64,000 bases of DNA from Paramecium tetraurelia (lineage: Eukaryota), in assembly GCA_000165425.1 (NCBI GenBank), contig CT868096.1, positions 496,001 to 560,000 of the forward strand. Direction: 5' to 3'. Both the position numbers and the translations under genes were made by a program. Below, piece after piece: positions 1 through 12,402 of the stretch (its first letter is position 1; each line of letters begins with the position of its first letter). The notes below the pieces were generated by a model, which did no database searches, was not told the DNA's origin, and was given only the letters and a program-made list of their open reading frames with translations.

Positions 1-63
1 TTAGAATTTTTATTCTTCCTAATTTAATATATAGCTAATAATTGAAGATCCATTATTATCCAT
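1..63 (-). CDS. 5' end of a gene running off the window (hypothetical)
   Basis: ATG at 63 opens MDNNGSSIISYILNQEEQKF.. with no TGA to the edge; 35 nt after the stop of the USP-like gene. Confidence 0.35.
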
Positions 64-97
64 ATTCTAATACTTAAAAATACATGCATTAAATGTG

Positions 98-2049
98 TCA
101 ATTTATTTTCTCATAGAATAATTTTACCACCTTTAAGTTCTAAACGATTTCATCTGCCTATTTAAACCCTTCATTATTAAAAAGAGTCCATTTCTCCTAA
201 ATCTTACAATAACATTGATAATTTGAACGATCAATATTCTCTATCAAACCACATAATTAATATTTATGAATTGATAATGGATAAGACATCTAATGGGTAT
301 GAATCTGATCTTGATTGATATCTAAAATTAGAAATTCTTCTTCTGTTTTTTAGAAATCAAAGTAATCTTCTAAATTGTAATTCTTAATAATCTCTGGTTT
401 TTCCCTCTCATTTTATATTGGTTCATTGTATATTGCATAGACTACAACCTTATTCATTTTTAGAATCAATTTTTGATCAATAAACTTAACAATACAGTTA
501 TTACATAATTTTTGGTCACAAAATGAACATCTCTCATTTCCTTATTGATTAGTTTAAAAGATCAATTCATACTTTTTATTAAAAATCTTCTCTTTATAAT
601 CAGTTAAATTTGTCTCCTCAAAAATATTTGCAATTTCTACATGCAAATCAAAAAATTTAGATTGTTTATTTATGTATATTTTTCTAATAGCATCAAAATT
701 TCTATATGACTTTAGTATTCCAACTTTTTCAACAAAACATCTGTTAATTGTTATTTCTAATTCTTCTTCACTTTATTGACGTTTATTTAAATTATATATG
801 TAATCTTTAGGAAGTTGACACAAGGGCGTATCAGGATTTACTAACATTATACAATATAATACTTGTTTCTGTGTAATTATTATTACTACATTCAAATAAA
901 AAATCACTTTCTGGTAAAAATTTCTCAGCTAATTGCTTGACTGTCATTTTATGATCGAAAAAGACTTTTTATGGTTATCCATTCACATAAACAGTGTCAT
1001 GTCTACTTTCAGTGATTGTAACAGAGTGCTCCTTTAGTAATTCAATGTCTTTTGATTCATAACATAAAACAGCCTAACTTCCATAATATGATTCCTCAAT
1101 TATTTCATTTAAGTTAAAATAATCCTTAAAATTATTCTTAATAAAGTTTCTTATCTTATTACTAGACTCATAGTTTTTAAATAAGCAACTAAGTAAAGAT
1201 TATTACGACTCATAAACTGAAAATCCTTTGTTCGAAATTTCAGTCTCCTCAAGACTAATATGAATTCTCTAATCCAAGTGATTATTGTCTTATTTAAAAT
1301 AAAAATTCCTATTTAATACTTGAATGTCTAAGATTAAAAATTATCCATTATTTAATTAATGAGTGTCAAATTTAAATTCTTCAACAACCAACTGATTTTC
1401 ATGAAACCATTTAACTAATTATTTAAAATCTTATGGTACGTTCTTCAAAGCGTAAAATTTAATAAAATTTTTGGGAGGTACTTAAATAGTTAATTGTTAG
1501 TTTAAAAGCTTTTCAAAATTTTAATTTATATCTTATATCGTCCAATCTCTGGAGAAACATTAGACTCCTTCGATTATATTAGTTACTCCTTCATATAGAG
1601 GAATTAATTGAATTTTAAGATTTTTATTTATAAAAGTTCCATCTTTAAATAAAGTCTTAAATGTATAGTATTCTAAGGGAATTTTATTTAGATTTTGAAG
1701 AGTAGTCACTAGTGATTCCCATAAATCTTGGGGTATGCATAAGTAATCTATGTTTAATTTTGACTTTTCATTTAAAAAATAATTGTATAATGGATCATCA
1801 TATCTAAAGTTTAAAATAAAGTTACGATAAAATATTTGAGTAGTAATCGTCCACTAAATCTAAATTTAAAATAGAAATTGTATTGAGTTTATTAATGTCT
1901 TATGTTTGAGCAATTATTTTGGATTTGTTTAACCATCTAATTATTTTTTAAAACAATTACTTTATTGATATCAAATAATAGATGGAATTATCTAGAAACT
2001 AGTCTTTATATTCTTGACATTTAGATATGCACTCAATTAGAGGTTCCAT
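98..2049 (-). CDS. DUSP-domain ubiquitin-specific-protease-like protein with degenerate catalytic boxes
   Basis: N-terminal YYLISIKW..ILNLDLVD..NIDYLCIPQDLWESL (DUSP-like); internal RCSFCDQKLCNNC; C-terminal MSYPL..YQLCGLIE..SNYQCYCK..KWTLFNNE..LFYEKIN* resembles a USP His box; several ~22-25 nt introns. Confidence 0.65.
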
Positions 2050-2140
2050 TAAATTTATTCAATAAAAATAAAAGACTTAAAAATAAATAATAATATTAAG
2101 ACTTTGATTCTGATAAATTACTGTATACATGTTAAAATAG

Positions 2141-3311
2141 TCATTTAATATTTTTCTTGAGCCTTAATTTTTAAATTTCTTGATTTTGATTGATAGTTTA
2201 TTCCATATTCATCACTTTAACCTTATTAATTTCTTCAAAAATCAAACAATAAATTTGAGTCAAAGTGATCTTATCATCTTTTTCAAAATCGCATTCTAGG
2301 AGTCCATTAAAAGTGGTTTCTTCTTCTTTGTTTCTTATGGTATCAAAAAAAGGATGATCTAAACACTAAGATTAATTGATTCTTACTTATTGGATGGTAA
2401 TTCTATTTGAGGGATTTAATTGTAACATTTTATCTAATAAATCTCTAGCTTTAGCATCAGGATAAGGAACACTAAAGGAAGCAGGTTAAGGAGTTTTTGG
2501 AGGCAGTTTTTCAATAAATGATAAGGCATTTGCATTAGTTACAAAAGCCTTTAATTCTTTGTCTGATGGTTTTCCCAAGATATCAAAAATTAGTTTGATC
2601 ATCTAAAGGTAATTTGGTGCATGGAATAGAATTCTTCTGCTCATTAATTCTGCAAATGTGCAACCTAATGCCCATACATCAACAGGTTTAGAGTAATGAG
2701 AACTAGATAACATAATTTCAGGGGCTCTGTAAAAACGAGTGACTACATATTCAGTCATGTTTTCTCCTCCTTATTAATCTTCATTTTCATCGAATTTCCT
2801 GGCAAAACCAAAATCGCAATAACAAACTTCGCATCTTTCATTTGCCAATATATTCCTAGGTTTGATATCTCTATGGATAGAATTGGAGGAGTGTAAATAA
2901 TGTAATCCCTTGCATAATTGATACATAATAAATTAAACATGTTCCACACCTAACTCCTAATGACCAGCTACAACTTTTCCCAAATCTGTGGGGTAGTATT
3001 CACTTACGATGTAAATGTCAAAGTTTTAAGAGTCAAACAAGATATCATAGATTTATAATATGTTTGGATGATCCATCTATCTTTAAATGAGTATTTCCCT
3101 CAAAATTCGTTTGCCATCTATCACATCTTCTATTTAATTTAATTTCTTTATGGCAACCTGATGTCTATTTATATACTTATACCTTCCTAGATTTATGCTT
3201 TATATCATATGCAAGGACTACTGCACCATATGTACCTGACCCAATCAATTTTATAATTTGATAACGCTCTCCACAGTTGAATTCTATTCCTCCAAATTTA
3301 TTTTATTTCAT
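2141..3311 (-). CDS. Mitogen-activated protein kinase (TEY type)
   Basis: [55 protein letters not shown]; 25-nt intron near 3160-3183. Confidence 0.95.
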
Positions 3312-4500
3312 GAGATTAATTAAAAGTAAATATAAAAATAAATGTTCCGAATTCCAAAATTTATAGTAATCAAAATCAATCTATGTAAACCTCATCGCAT
3401 ATAATGTTTTCTTAAAATTAACATCGTAAATATTCAAACTTAATTATTATATTTTTACTGAATTGATTCAAGAATAAGTTATGATTATTGAATCCAATAA
3501 ATCTTAACTGAAAATTAGCTGTATGCATGAAAACCACAATCATTTCTACTATTAAATGCAAACCCTTTATAATAATTTAAATAAATCATTTTTATGTTGA
3601 ACAAAACCAAAAGTGATTTCAATCCTTATATTTTACATTTAATAATGTTTTCATATGTATTTAATTTTAAATCAACTCTTTTCATCCATTCGGTCAATCA
3701 GTCATTATATTTTTACAAATGAGATTAATATAGATTATCAGTAATTTAGAATGCTCCGAATTAAAAAACATTCAATATTAGAATGTTATATAATAGGTTT
3801 TCAAATGAAATCTAAAAACTTATTCAGAATGTTACATTGAAAAACTAAATTTCCAAGAAATATGCTTAAATAAACTTTCAATTTTGAATAACTTAAATAG
3901 CCAGAGAAAGATATTATCAATTTAATTGAGCAAAGAATTTGAACCGCTAAAGAATGAATAATAAATACAAAAAATAAAAAATTATGAAAACTACAAAAGA
4001 ATTGCAGATGCTGATAAGGAAAGGAAATGTTACAATTTTTTGATAATTAAAATTGCAAAATATCAATTTGTTTGTTCTAACTAGATTTTGCATCTCATGA
4101 CCGAGAGGATTATTAACTATGCATATCACTAACTGCTGTATTTAATAGAATATACTTTTTCAATATCTTTAATTTATAGATAGGTATTTAATGTATTAAG
4201 ACTTATTACTTTCTTTATTTAAATGATATATGTATATGTATTAAATTATTAACATAAATATTATAGCAGAAGTTTAATATGAATATAATTTATCTTATAA
4301 ATTAAACTATGTAAACTATTGAAGAATATAGCAAATATTAGAAAGAAGACTCATAATCGTAATTAGATTCTTCAATGAAATAGGATTTAACATAAGAATA
4401 TCATTTTCGTAACGATAGAAGATATTCTTTTATAGAAACATTAAATAATGTTAATTTTTCTTATCAAGTTATTTTATAAGGTTGATATTTAATATATGCA

Positions 4501-4904
4501 TCATGATTTGAACACTAGACAAGCCAAATTACCGTTATAAAACATAAATAGTCTAGTATTGTTTTATACTGTAACATCATAAGCGTATCCTTCACCTTGA
4601 ATTGATTATTAAAATGAATTACCTATAATCACTTGCCAAGTTGGACCATACTTCTTTTCAAGTGCTTCCTTAATGGTTTTGCATGCATTCTTTGTTAAAA
4701 TGGATAATTATTATACTTCAATCGATAAAACTGGAGATGAGTTATTTTCAATTCCTGAAACTATCGAGTCTTAAACTTCGGATAGCATATCTGGACTCAT
4801 ATCTGTATCCTTCATTTAACAGCGATTATTACTTTGATAATAGCTGTTCCAAGCATTTCCTTTTTTAATTAGGCGAGGTCTTAAGTTTCTTTCTTTTCTT
4901 CCAT
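4501..4904 (-). CDS. DNAL4: Dynein light chain, LC8 fold, DNAL4/LC10-like
   Basis: After removing 23-, 27- and 27-nt introns: ..IIKDTDMSPDM..ACKTIKEALEKKYGPTWQVIIGEGYAYDVTVQNNTRLFMFYNGNLACLVFKS*. Confidence 0.85.
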
Positions 4905-4945
4905 TTGAATTATATGAATAATATTGATATATAAAATATATATTA

Positions 4946-5819
4946 TCACAATTAAACATTGCATATTAAATAGCTTTCTTACTTTTTATCTAGATCCTGT
5001 ATTAATTTAGCAGGGTTTAACTTGATTAAACAACTAGATCCCATATATTAAGTTTTCTCATCCTTTCCTACTTTATCTGAACAAACAAAAAGAAATTATT
5101 TATGATAATTATTAGATTTGCCATCTCTAATCGGTTTGAGTCTCCAAAGCCAATAATCCAATATGCCATTATTGTCATTATTATCAGGTTCGTGATCCTT
5201 TATATGTTGAATCATAAATTACATTCCAAGCAGACATAAATATTAGACCATCCACATTGTTCTGTAAACAGAAATCTGCCAATTCAAACTTACTGTTGTC
5301 TTTGAATTCCCATGGATTTATATCCATACATATGCCAAATGCAAACTTTATTGTTTAACCTTTAATTGTTTTTAATTCTAAGCACTTGAATTCTTATCCT
5401 TCATCTGCCCAAGTCTTATCTGTTTCAAACAAATGCTTCTTTCTAACATTTAGAATAGCCTCTCCTTCTCTATTAACAACTACTGCTGAATTATATAATT
5501 TGTCTCCATCCACTTCTGCGTATCCACAAGACACATAGCATTTTAACCTTTAAGCGATTTATTTGCAAAATTCATAAGTTGGCCCTTTGCCATATTATTC
5601 TAAAAATGGCTTTATAGCATTTTTATCAGGATAATAGTAGCTATTATATTTTTTAATAGTATACCCAATCAAAGCCATTTCAGGGAGAACTAAAATATCT
5701 ATTTCATCTTTTGATGAGTACTTTTATAAGGATATGTTTATTCGATTTATGTTTGCCTTGAAGTCATAGTTATTATTGATTTATCCAATCAAAACTTTTA
5801 TTTAGAGTGTTTTATTCAT
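4946..5819 (-). CDS. NTA1: Carbon-nitrogen hydrolase, protein N-terminal amidase (yeast Nta1-like)
   Basis: DILVLPEMALIGY, IKPFLE, LYNSAVV, RKKHLFETDKTWADEG, FGICMDINPWEF; Glu-Lys-Cys triad present; two short introns. Confidence 0.8.
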
Positions 5820-6091
5820 AGACAAGATTTTAATTAATTTTTAAATGTGTTATAAAATTATTCCTTCACTTAGATTATTTAAAACAATAAAAATTGAATG
5901 ATAATATGAATCAGGATACATATTTTCTCATAAAACATAAATTTTAAATTATAATTTATTTTTTTTATTATTAAGTTTAATTGGTTATGCCATCAAATTG
6001 GTTTGTTGCAATAAGAAGATTAAAATAAGAATGAAAATTATTAAATTATAAGTAATACTTTTAATATCCAAAATACATTTGAAATACTCAA

Positions 6092-7021
6092 TCACAAATT
6101 ATAGTGAAATTTAAATAGTTCAATAATTTACAAAAGTTATCCATTATCTTTAACATTAGAAATGTCTGTTTCTAGATTTTCCTTTCTTTCTTTCCAAATA
6201 ATACATTCATCAATTTAATCATTTTAATATAGTTCGTATATCCTTTGTTCTATTGATTAACATAATTAAAAGTATAATTAATCAATTCTTGATATGATTT
6301 CTTATGTTTATTCATTATTGTCTTACTCTATGCTATCTTATCTCTAATAGAAACCAGTCAGATTTTTATGGACAATGATATTCATTGAACGATCTTGCTC
6401 GTCATTCTCCTCAGTAAATTACTTATATAACCTTGAAATGATACTTAATTAATTTTCAATTCTTCTTCTACTTTGTGCCTTTCCTATTGTAAATTATTTT
6501 TCATATAGACTTTAGCTAAAATTTCTGCTCTTTTTTTATAATCGTCCTTGTCTGGTTTCTCTAAGAATTGAACAAAATAGTCATTTTAAAATTAGCACGA
6601 GACTTCTTTTAATTATTCTTAAATTAATAGTTAATGCATAAATGTAGATTCACTTATATTAGAATGCTAATGAATTATGGATGCTAATTGATCTTATGGT
6701 TGATCATCTTCTAATTCGTTTTTTAACAAAGTCATTCTCTATTCAAAAGGATCTGATAATTATTTTTTAATTGCTTTAGGTCTTAAGTCTTCAAATTCCT
6801 TTATCTATTTAAACTATGGCATGATAACTTCCATTCCTTTGGAGTTAATCAAATATGATCCCTATCTTAAAAGTTAAATCTACAATCAATTTTTAATTTT
6901 GATTTTCGACATTAAAGAAGGCTTAATTATATAAGTTATTTTTGGATGAAACACTTTTTTAACTATCGTTAGCACTATTTGTTTTCATTTTTCTTTCAGT
7001 ACTCTAATTTTCGACTTGCAT
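6092..7021 (-). CDS. Hypothetical coiled-coil protein
   Basis: Open in code 6 after two ~22-23 nt introns; MQVENQSTERK..FKFHYNL*; no recognised domain. Confidence 0.65.
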
Positions 7022-7058
7022 TTTATTAAATGATATTTAAAAAGGGAATAATTAATTT

Positions 7059-8365
7059 ATGTAATATTATAAATCTCTTTCATCCTCTATAACTCAAGAA
7101 TAGAAATTTGGAGAATTAGTTCAATCAATTAAATGCACTAAAGATGACATTTGCGATGAATAAAGTCAAAAATTTTATAGCCTCATCAACGAAAGCATAT
7201 AAATATAATATGAACTAATTCAAAATTCAGAAGCTTCGAAATTATCCAATATATAATTATTAAAAATCTCAAATTTCTAATTTATTAAATGTCATGAATG
7301 TTATTTTTGTATAATTTTCAATCTATCAAATGACACATTGTAATAAAGATTAAAAAATGAAATTATGAAGGTGAATGCATTTATATTATTATAGTATTCA
7401 TTTCAAACATTTTTTTTTGATTTCGCTTTAGAAAATGTTAATGACCATGATCCAAATGCAGAATTAGAAGCCTTTGACAATCGTACTAATCAAAATTTTA
7501 GAGAATGCAGAGTAATGATATTTTCAAAAGACTTTGATCAAAAGATAATAGATAAAGTTAATATATTTCCATATATTTATTTTTGTGGCAATCCTACTAA
7601 GGTAAATGAGACATATTTAGAGAATCTTCAATAACATTAGATTTTCTTCTCAATAGATTTATAGTACAAAAGAATATTATAGTTGCTTCAGACTGGGTAA
7701 AAAATTATATAATTAGTTTATCCATGTTAAATTAACAAATTTATACTAATATCAAAATTACTGGTTTAATTGAAGATATCAATGAGTAGAGATATTACAT
7801 TAAGCATCCATCACTTAAATTTGAGAAATCATAATACAATATAACGCTATTGTGTTCTATTCCCTATATGAATGTAGATGAATATTTGTACATTCCACTT
7901 TCATTAGCAATTCATAAGATTGAAATTTCAGATATAATTTAGAAAAATGAAAATTTACAACGAGCTAAAGAGTTTAATAATGAAGTTTACGACTATGTGT
8001 ACAAGTTTAAAATTTTGAATGTAAGCCATAATACTTAATTAGTAAATTGATGATCAAATCAAATTGAGTGAATTGGAATTTTCAATAATTTTATAAGATT
8101 AGTTCTTTTCTATAGATCAATTAATGTTTAGAAATTAAATAAGATAAATATAGGAATTCTAAAGGGAGAATGAATAAAAGGAGGAAGAACTTAATGAAAT
8201 CTTGAAGATTCTTGAAGATTTGTGTAAATGTAATAAGCCTTCCTTTTAAAAGTTGATTACATATTATTAGATGAAGTAAAGCATGCTTTATAGAATGAAA
8301 ATTAATAGTTTTATTTTTTAATTATGAATCAATTAATATTATATAAATTTATTATTTAAAAATGA
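7059..8365 (+). CDS. Hypothetical protein (3' end approximate)
   Basis: MQYYKSLSSSITQEQKFGEL.. long code-6 frame with several GT..AG mini-introns; stop position depends on last intron choice. Confidence 0.55.
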
Positions 8366-8913
8366 ATGAATAATTATATAGGATGGAAAAAGAGAAAAAT
8401 AACCGATGTAGGTTATTACATAAAGTTTATGCTTAAAAATAGAAGCCTCCCTTTAATAACATGAGTTTCCAAATTCGAGTTTAAAATATGTTAAAGCAAA
8501 TTCAATATGCATAAAACGAAAGAGTGCGCTGTCAAAGCGAATTTGTAAATAAATTCCCTTCTATTCTAAAACTGAACCCACTTTCCAGACCTTAAAATAT
8601 GGTCCCATTAAATTTGAGACTAAATACCATTCGCACCTCCTCAAGACAAAGCAATTTAATTATAGATGGAACTACTAAAAAGAGCTAAGAAAAACGATTT
8701 TAATAGGCAAGCTTAGAGTCAAATCTGAGGCAAACTTCGAGTCCTTTAAGATCTGATATCAAGAATAAAACCTCAATCTAAACATTAGTTCTAAAAGATA
8801 TAATACCAGTAAAAGAACAGCACACTAAACTTGATTAGCAAACACAAGTAGAATATAATTTAATCGAAAATATATCGAGTTGGTCGAGGAAGTCCTCCGA
8901 AAGCATCTTTTGA
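8362..8913 (+). CDS. Hypothetical basic protein (start may be 8383)
   Basis: Continuous code-6 frame ending ..ENISSWSRKSSESIF* at TGA 8911-8913. Confidence 0.6.
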
Positions 8914-9284
8914 TTTTGTGTATATATTCTTTCTATTTATTAAGAAATTTAATGATTAGGTTTATATTACTGTAACATTAACTCTGTTGAAATTTTATTG
9001 ATGAGTACTGAACTCTAAATAGCGATTTAGTACTCAGAATGATCTGATACTATAATATTTTAAATTTTCAAGTTTAAAGACAAATTGAAATGATTGATTA
9101 TAGACTTTAGCCAAGGTTAATCATGGATATACTAGTGATAGAAGGTGATTTTCAAATTGAAAACCTAATATTTTTTAAGCAAAGGAAAAGTTGTAAAAGG
9201 AAAGTAGAAAAACCATTAGAAAGAGAAATCAAATTGCTGTTTAAATTATCTTATTTGTTTGAATAATTTACTGTATTGTATTAA

Positions 9285-9588
9285 TCATTTGGGTGCGTCC
9301 TTCTTTCTTGATCTTCTTTATTCAACTTATTTCTTTCTTTCTTCTTCAATTAAATCCTTTCTTCCTGCATGCCAATTTGGTCCTTTTTTCTTTTATTAAG
9401 GTCCTGTTCCAGCAACAGCTGTTCCAAATCTAATTTATTATTTGATAAATCAAAAACCTTCTGTTAAAGCAAATTCTTTTATAAGCTCTTCCTTTTGGAA
9501 TTTTGTGTCTTCTAACTTGCTTCTCAATTTTAGGTGTTTGTTTTCTAACCTTACCAGCTTTGGCCAATGTACCGTGAAGTTTTCCCAT
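9285..9588 (-). CDS. RPS30: 40S ribosomal protein S30 (eS30) with C-terminal extension
   Basis: [44 protein letters not shown]; one intron. Confidence 0.95.
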
Positions 9589-10731
9589 AATAATTTTTTT
9601 AATAAAAAGATTTAAATTTTTTTGATTAATGAATCAGATTGCAATCTATAGGAGGAATCAATACATCTGATTTATCAGAAAATACACGCTAAACATTAAG
9701 TTGATTTGATATGTATATTGTTCCTTAAATACAAAAATCTCTATTTCTTAGAACCTAATTGATTGAAACAAAACCAAAAATTCCAATAAGGTTGAAATAG
9801 CTAATCCAACAGAAGTAGAGAAGTGATTTGATCATAAGTTAATTTAGAATTTATGTAAATCTGGATCAGTTTAAAAAAACAGATTATAATTTGATGATGA
9901 ATAGAATAAAAAGATGAGAGTTAAACCATTTGTCCATTAATTCAAAATATAATCCAAATGGATATATTAATTCATTAATATCTATTTCTATAAGGTGTGA
10001 CATGATTTGAATAAAATTTGACGACATCATTTTCAAGCTTAATAGATTAAATCATATACCCACATTTTTGAGACATGTCTGCACCAGCATATGTAAATAA
10101 CAGAGTAGGTCAACCCCATAATTAATTTTTATTTCATTTAAAATAATAAATGCAAGTTTTGAGACCTTAATTTACATAAATAAAGATGTTAAAAATGATA
10201 GCATAGAATTATAATACCATAAAATAAATTCAATAAGGAAATATATTTGAAATTGATATAATTCTATTACTTAAGGTGTTAAAGTAAAATGATATAAGTA
10301 TAGATGAATGTTTGATCAAATGAAATACTTTTTAGATGATAGCAGAACCAAAATTTGCAAATTTAATTTATCTTCAAAAAAGGATTACTTTTAGTATTAT
10401 AATTCTTAAATTATAAGCATATATCTGAACATGATCAATTAACTAGAACTCAACTATAGTTTAGATATCACTATCATAAAAGATAAGTAGTAACAATGAC
10501 TATCGTTACTATTAGATCATATTAGTCAAAAGAATAAGGATTTTAATGATGTAATCAAAGCGAGGTTTACACAATTTTGATGTAAAAGCAGTATAGAATA
10601 AGGCAAGGATGATGAGTTGGAATGTGAATAAGACATATAACTAGAAAAAGAATTTGAAATGCATTAATTGAATGATAATCCAAATTCTTCATATTTATAT
10701 AAATAAATTTATTAGAAAATTAAAAGACTAA

Positions 10732-11529
10732 ATGGAAGAAAAACAATTGACATTTTCTTAAAGACACGCTTAGAAGTTTAATGGGGCATTAATAGAGATG
10801 ATATCGATGGCTTTATTTGCTTATGGGTAAGAAAATGTTAGAATTTAGGATTGTGTGCTCAGAAGGAAATGGGGGTAAGATAGCGTTAGCATTTTTCGGG
10901 TCATTAGCATTGTGTGCACCAATTAGTGGTGGACATATAAATCCAGCAGTAATTTAGATGTAATAAATAGGTGACATTAGCAATGTGGTTGACTAGATAA
11001 ATATCAACTGGTACTTGTCTATTATATTGGATTGCTTAACTGATTGGTGCATTTGGTGGTGGATTCTTTTGTTATATGGTTTTGGGATAAATCAATAGTC
11101 CTATGGTGACTGACTTGAACTTTCATTGGATAATTGCTGACTTATGTGGTGAAGCTCTTGGATCCTTCTCTTTTATTCTGATGATATTAATTTAATGTAA
11201 AATTTGTCTATAATTGAAAGGCAATCCTAAAACAACTTTCTCTGATAAACCAATTGCTAGTATTACTCTTATTACCCTGTCATTGCATTTGTCAAGATGT
11301 TTCACTTCCCATTCTGGAGGTATTGAAAAAGCTTGATTTTATAGGTTGTTTGAACCCTGGAATGGCAGTGGCCTTGGAATTATTTTAGGTGTTAAAGACT
11401 AATGAATTAGAAAGATTGGATTCAATGTGGGTATTCATAGCAGGGCCTTTTGCTGGAGCCATAATTGCTGTTATATTCTTTAAATTAATTTATTAACCAG
11501 CATTTAATAGATATTATAAGAATGCATGA
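10732..11529 (+). CDS. Aquaporin (MIP family), NPA/NPG motifs
   Basis: SGGHINPAVTLA, YWIAQLIGAFGG, HSGGCLNPGMA, WVFIAGPFAGA; four mini-introns. Confidence 0.93.
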
Positions 11530-12402
11530 TATATATAAACAATTTTAATAATTTTAATTTAATATCAACACCATTATTAGACATATTTCCAAACACAAAT
11601 TTCAGTTGATATCTGTACATCTAAAAATCTACAACTCTATAATAAGGATCCAAACTCAATTATGCATAAGTAATAGGCAACCATTATAATCTTGACCCAA
11701 AACTAAGCAGTTTTCTTGTCATTTTGAAATTCACAATTGATTTATTTTCCATTATAAATTAATATTTGCGAATATTATTTATTATATTGTTGTTATCCAT
11801 CAACATATTAGAATGAAGGAGGAGGATTCTTACTCATATTGCCTTCATTCTCAAGTTCCAATGAGAGATCGAATGCATGTATTCTTAAATATTTGAGTGA
11901 TTTTCAATTCATTATCTATTTTTATTACTGTTTTTGGGTTAAAATTGATCCATTTTAACCCAGATACCTTTTGTTAAATGATTCCCAAAGCTGTCTAAGT
12001 TAATAAAACCATCTGTAAATAGTTTGAAATGTTATTATTATTAAAAATAGCTGCCCAGTTTTTATTGTTTGTGAGATCAGAGTATAATTAATAAACTTAC
12101 TAAAATAATTCATATGATATTAATTACTAAACGCTTTTACTTCACAAAGCTATTTTAAACTTTATTTGTATAACATATTCTTAAACCTATCCGAATTCTT
12201 TAACAAACATTCTCAAATTATAAATTATTTACTTCATAATAGTTTGATTAATCTCTATTATCCTCAAAATTCTTCGAATGTTAATAGTGTATTCATTTAT
12301 TGGTGAATTTTGTACATTTATATTCCAATATTTTAATTATAAATTGGTAAATAAACAAATGTATGAAACAATTATTTATAATTTGATTACATGTAATAGA
12401 AA

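Noticed and set aside
4131..4270. IES-end-like TAYAGYNR matches (CTGCTGTA ending 4140; TATAGCAG near 4262)
   Set aside because: They face outward rather than bounding an element, and such short matches are expected by chance
8911..9047. Selenoprotein readthrough at TGA 8911 using the downstream hairpin as SECIS
   Set aside because: Readthrough gives F-U-F-C-V-Y with no redox motif; the apical AA spacing and lower helix fit SECIS poorly
9030..9060. Minus-strand GATCATTCTGAGTA resembling U3 box A
   Set aside because: No boxes B, C or D downstream on that strand
9285..9375. RPS30 C-terminal extension and lack of ubiquitin-like fusion as novel
   Set aside because: Unfused eS30 is normal outside animals, and a longer tail is to my knowledge typical of ciliates
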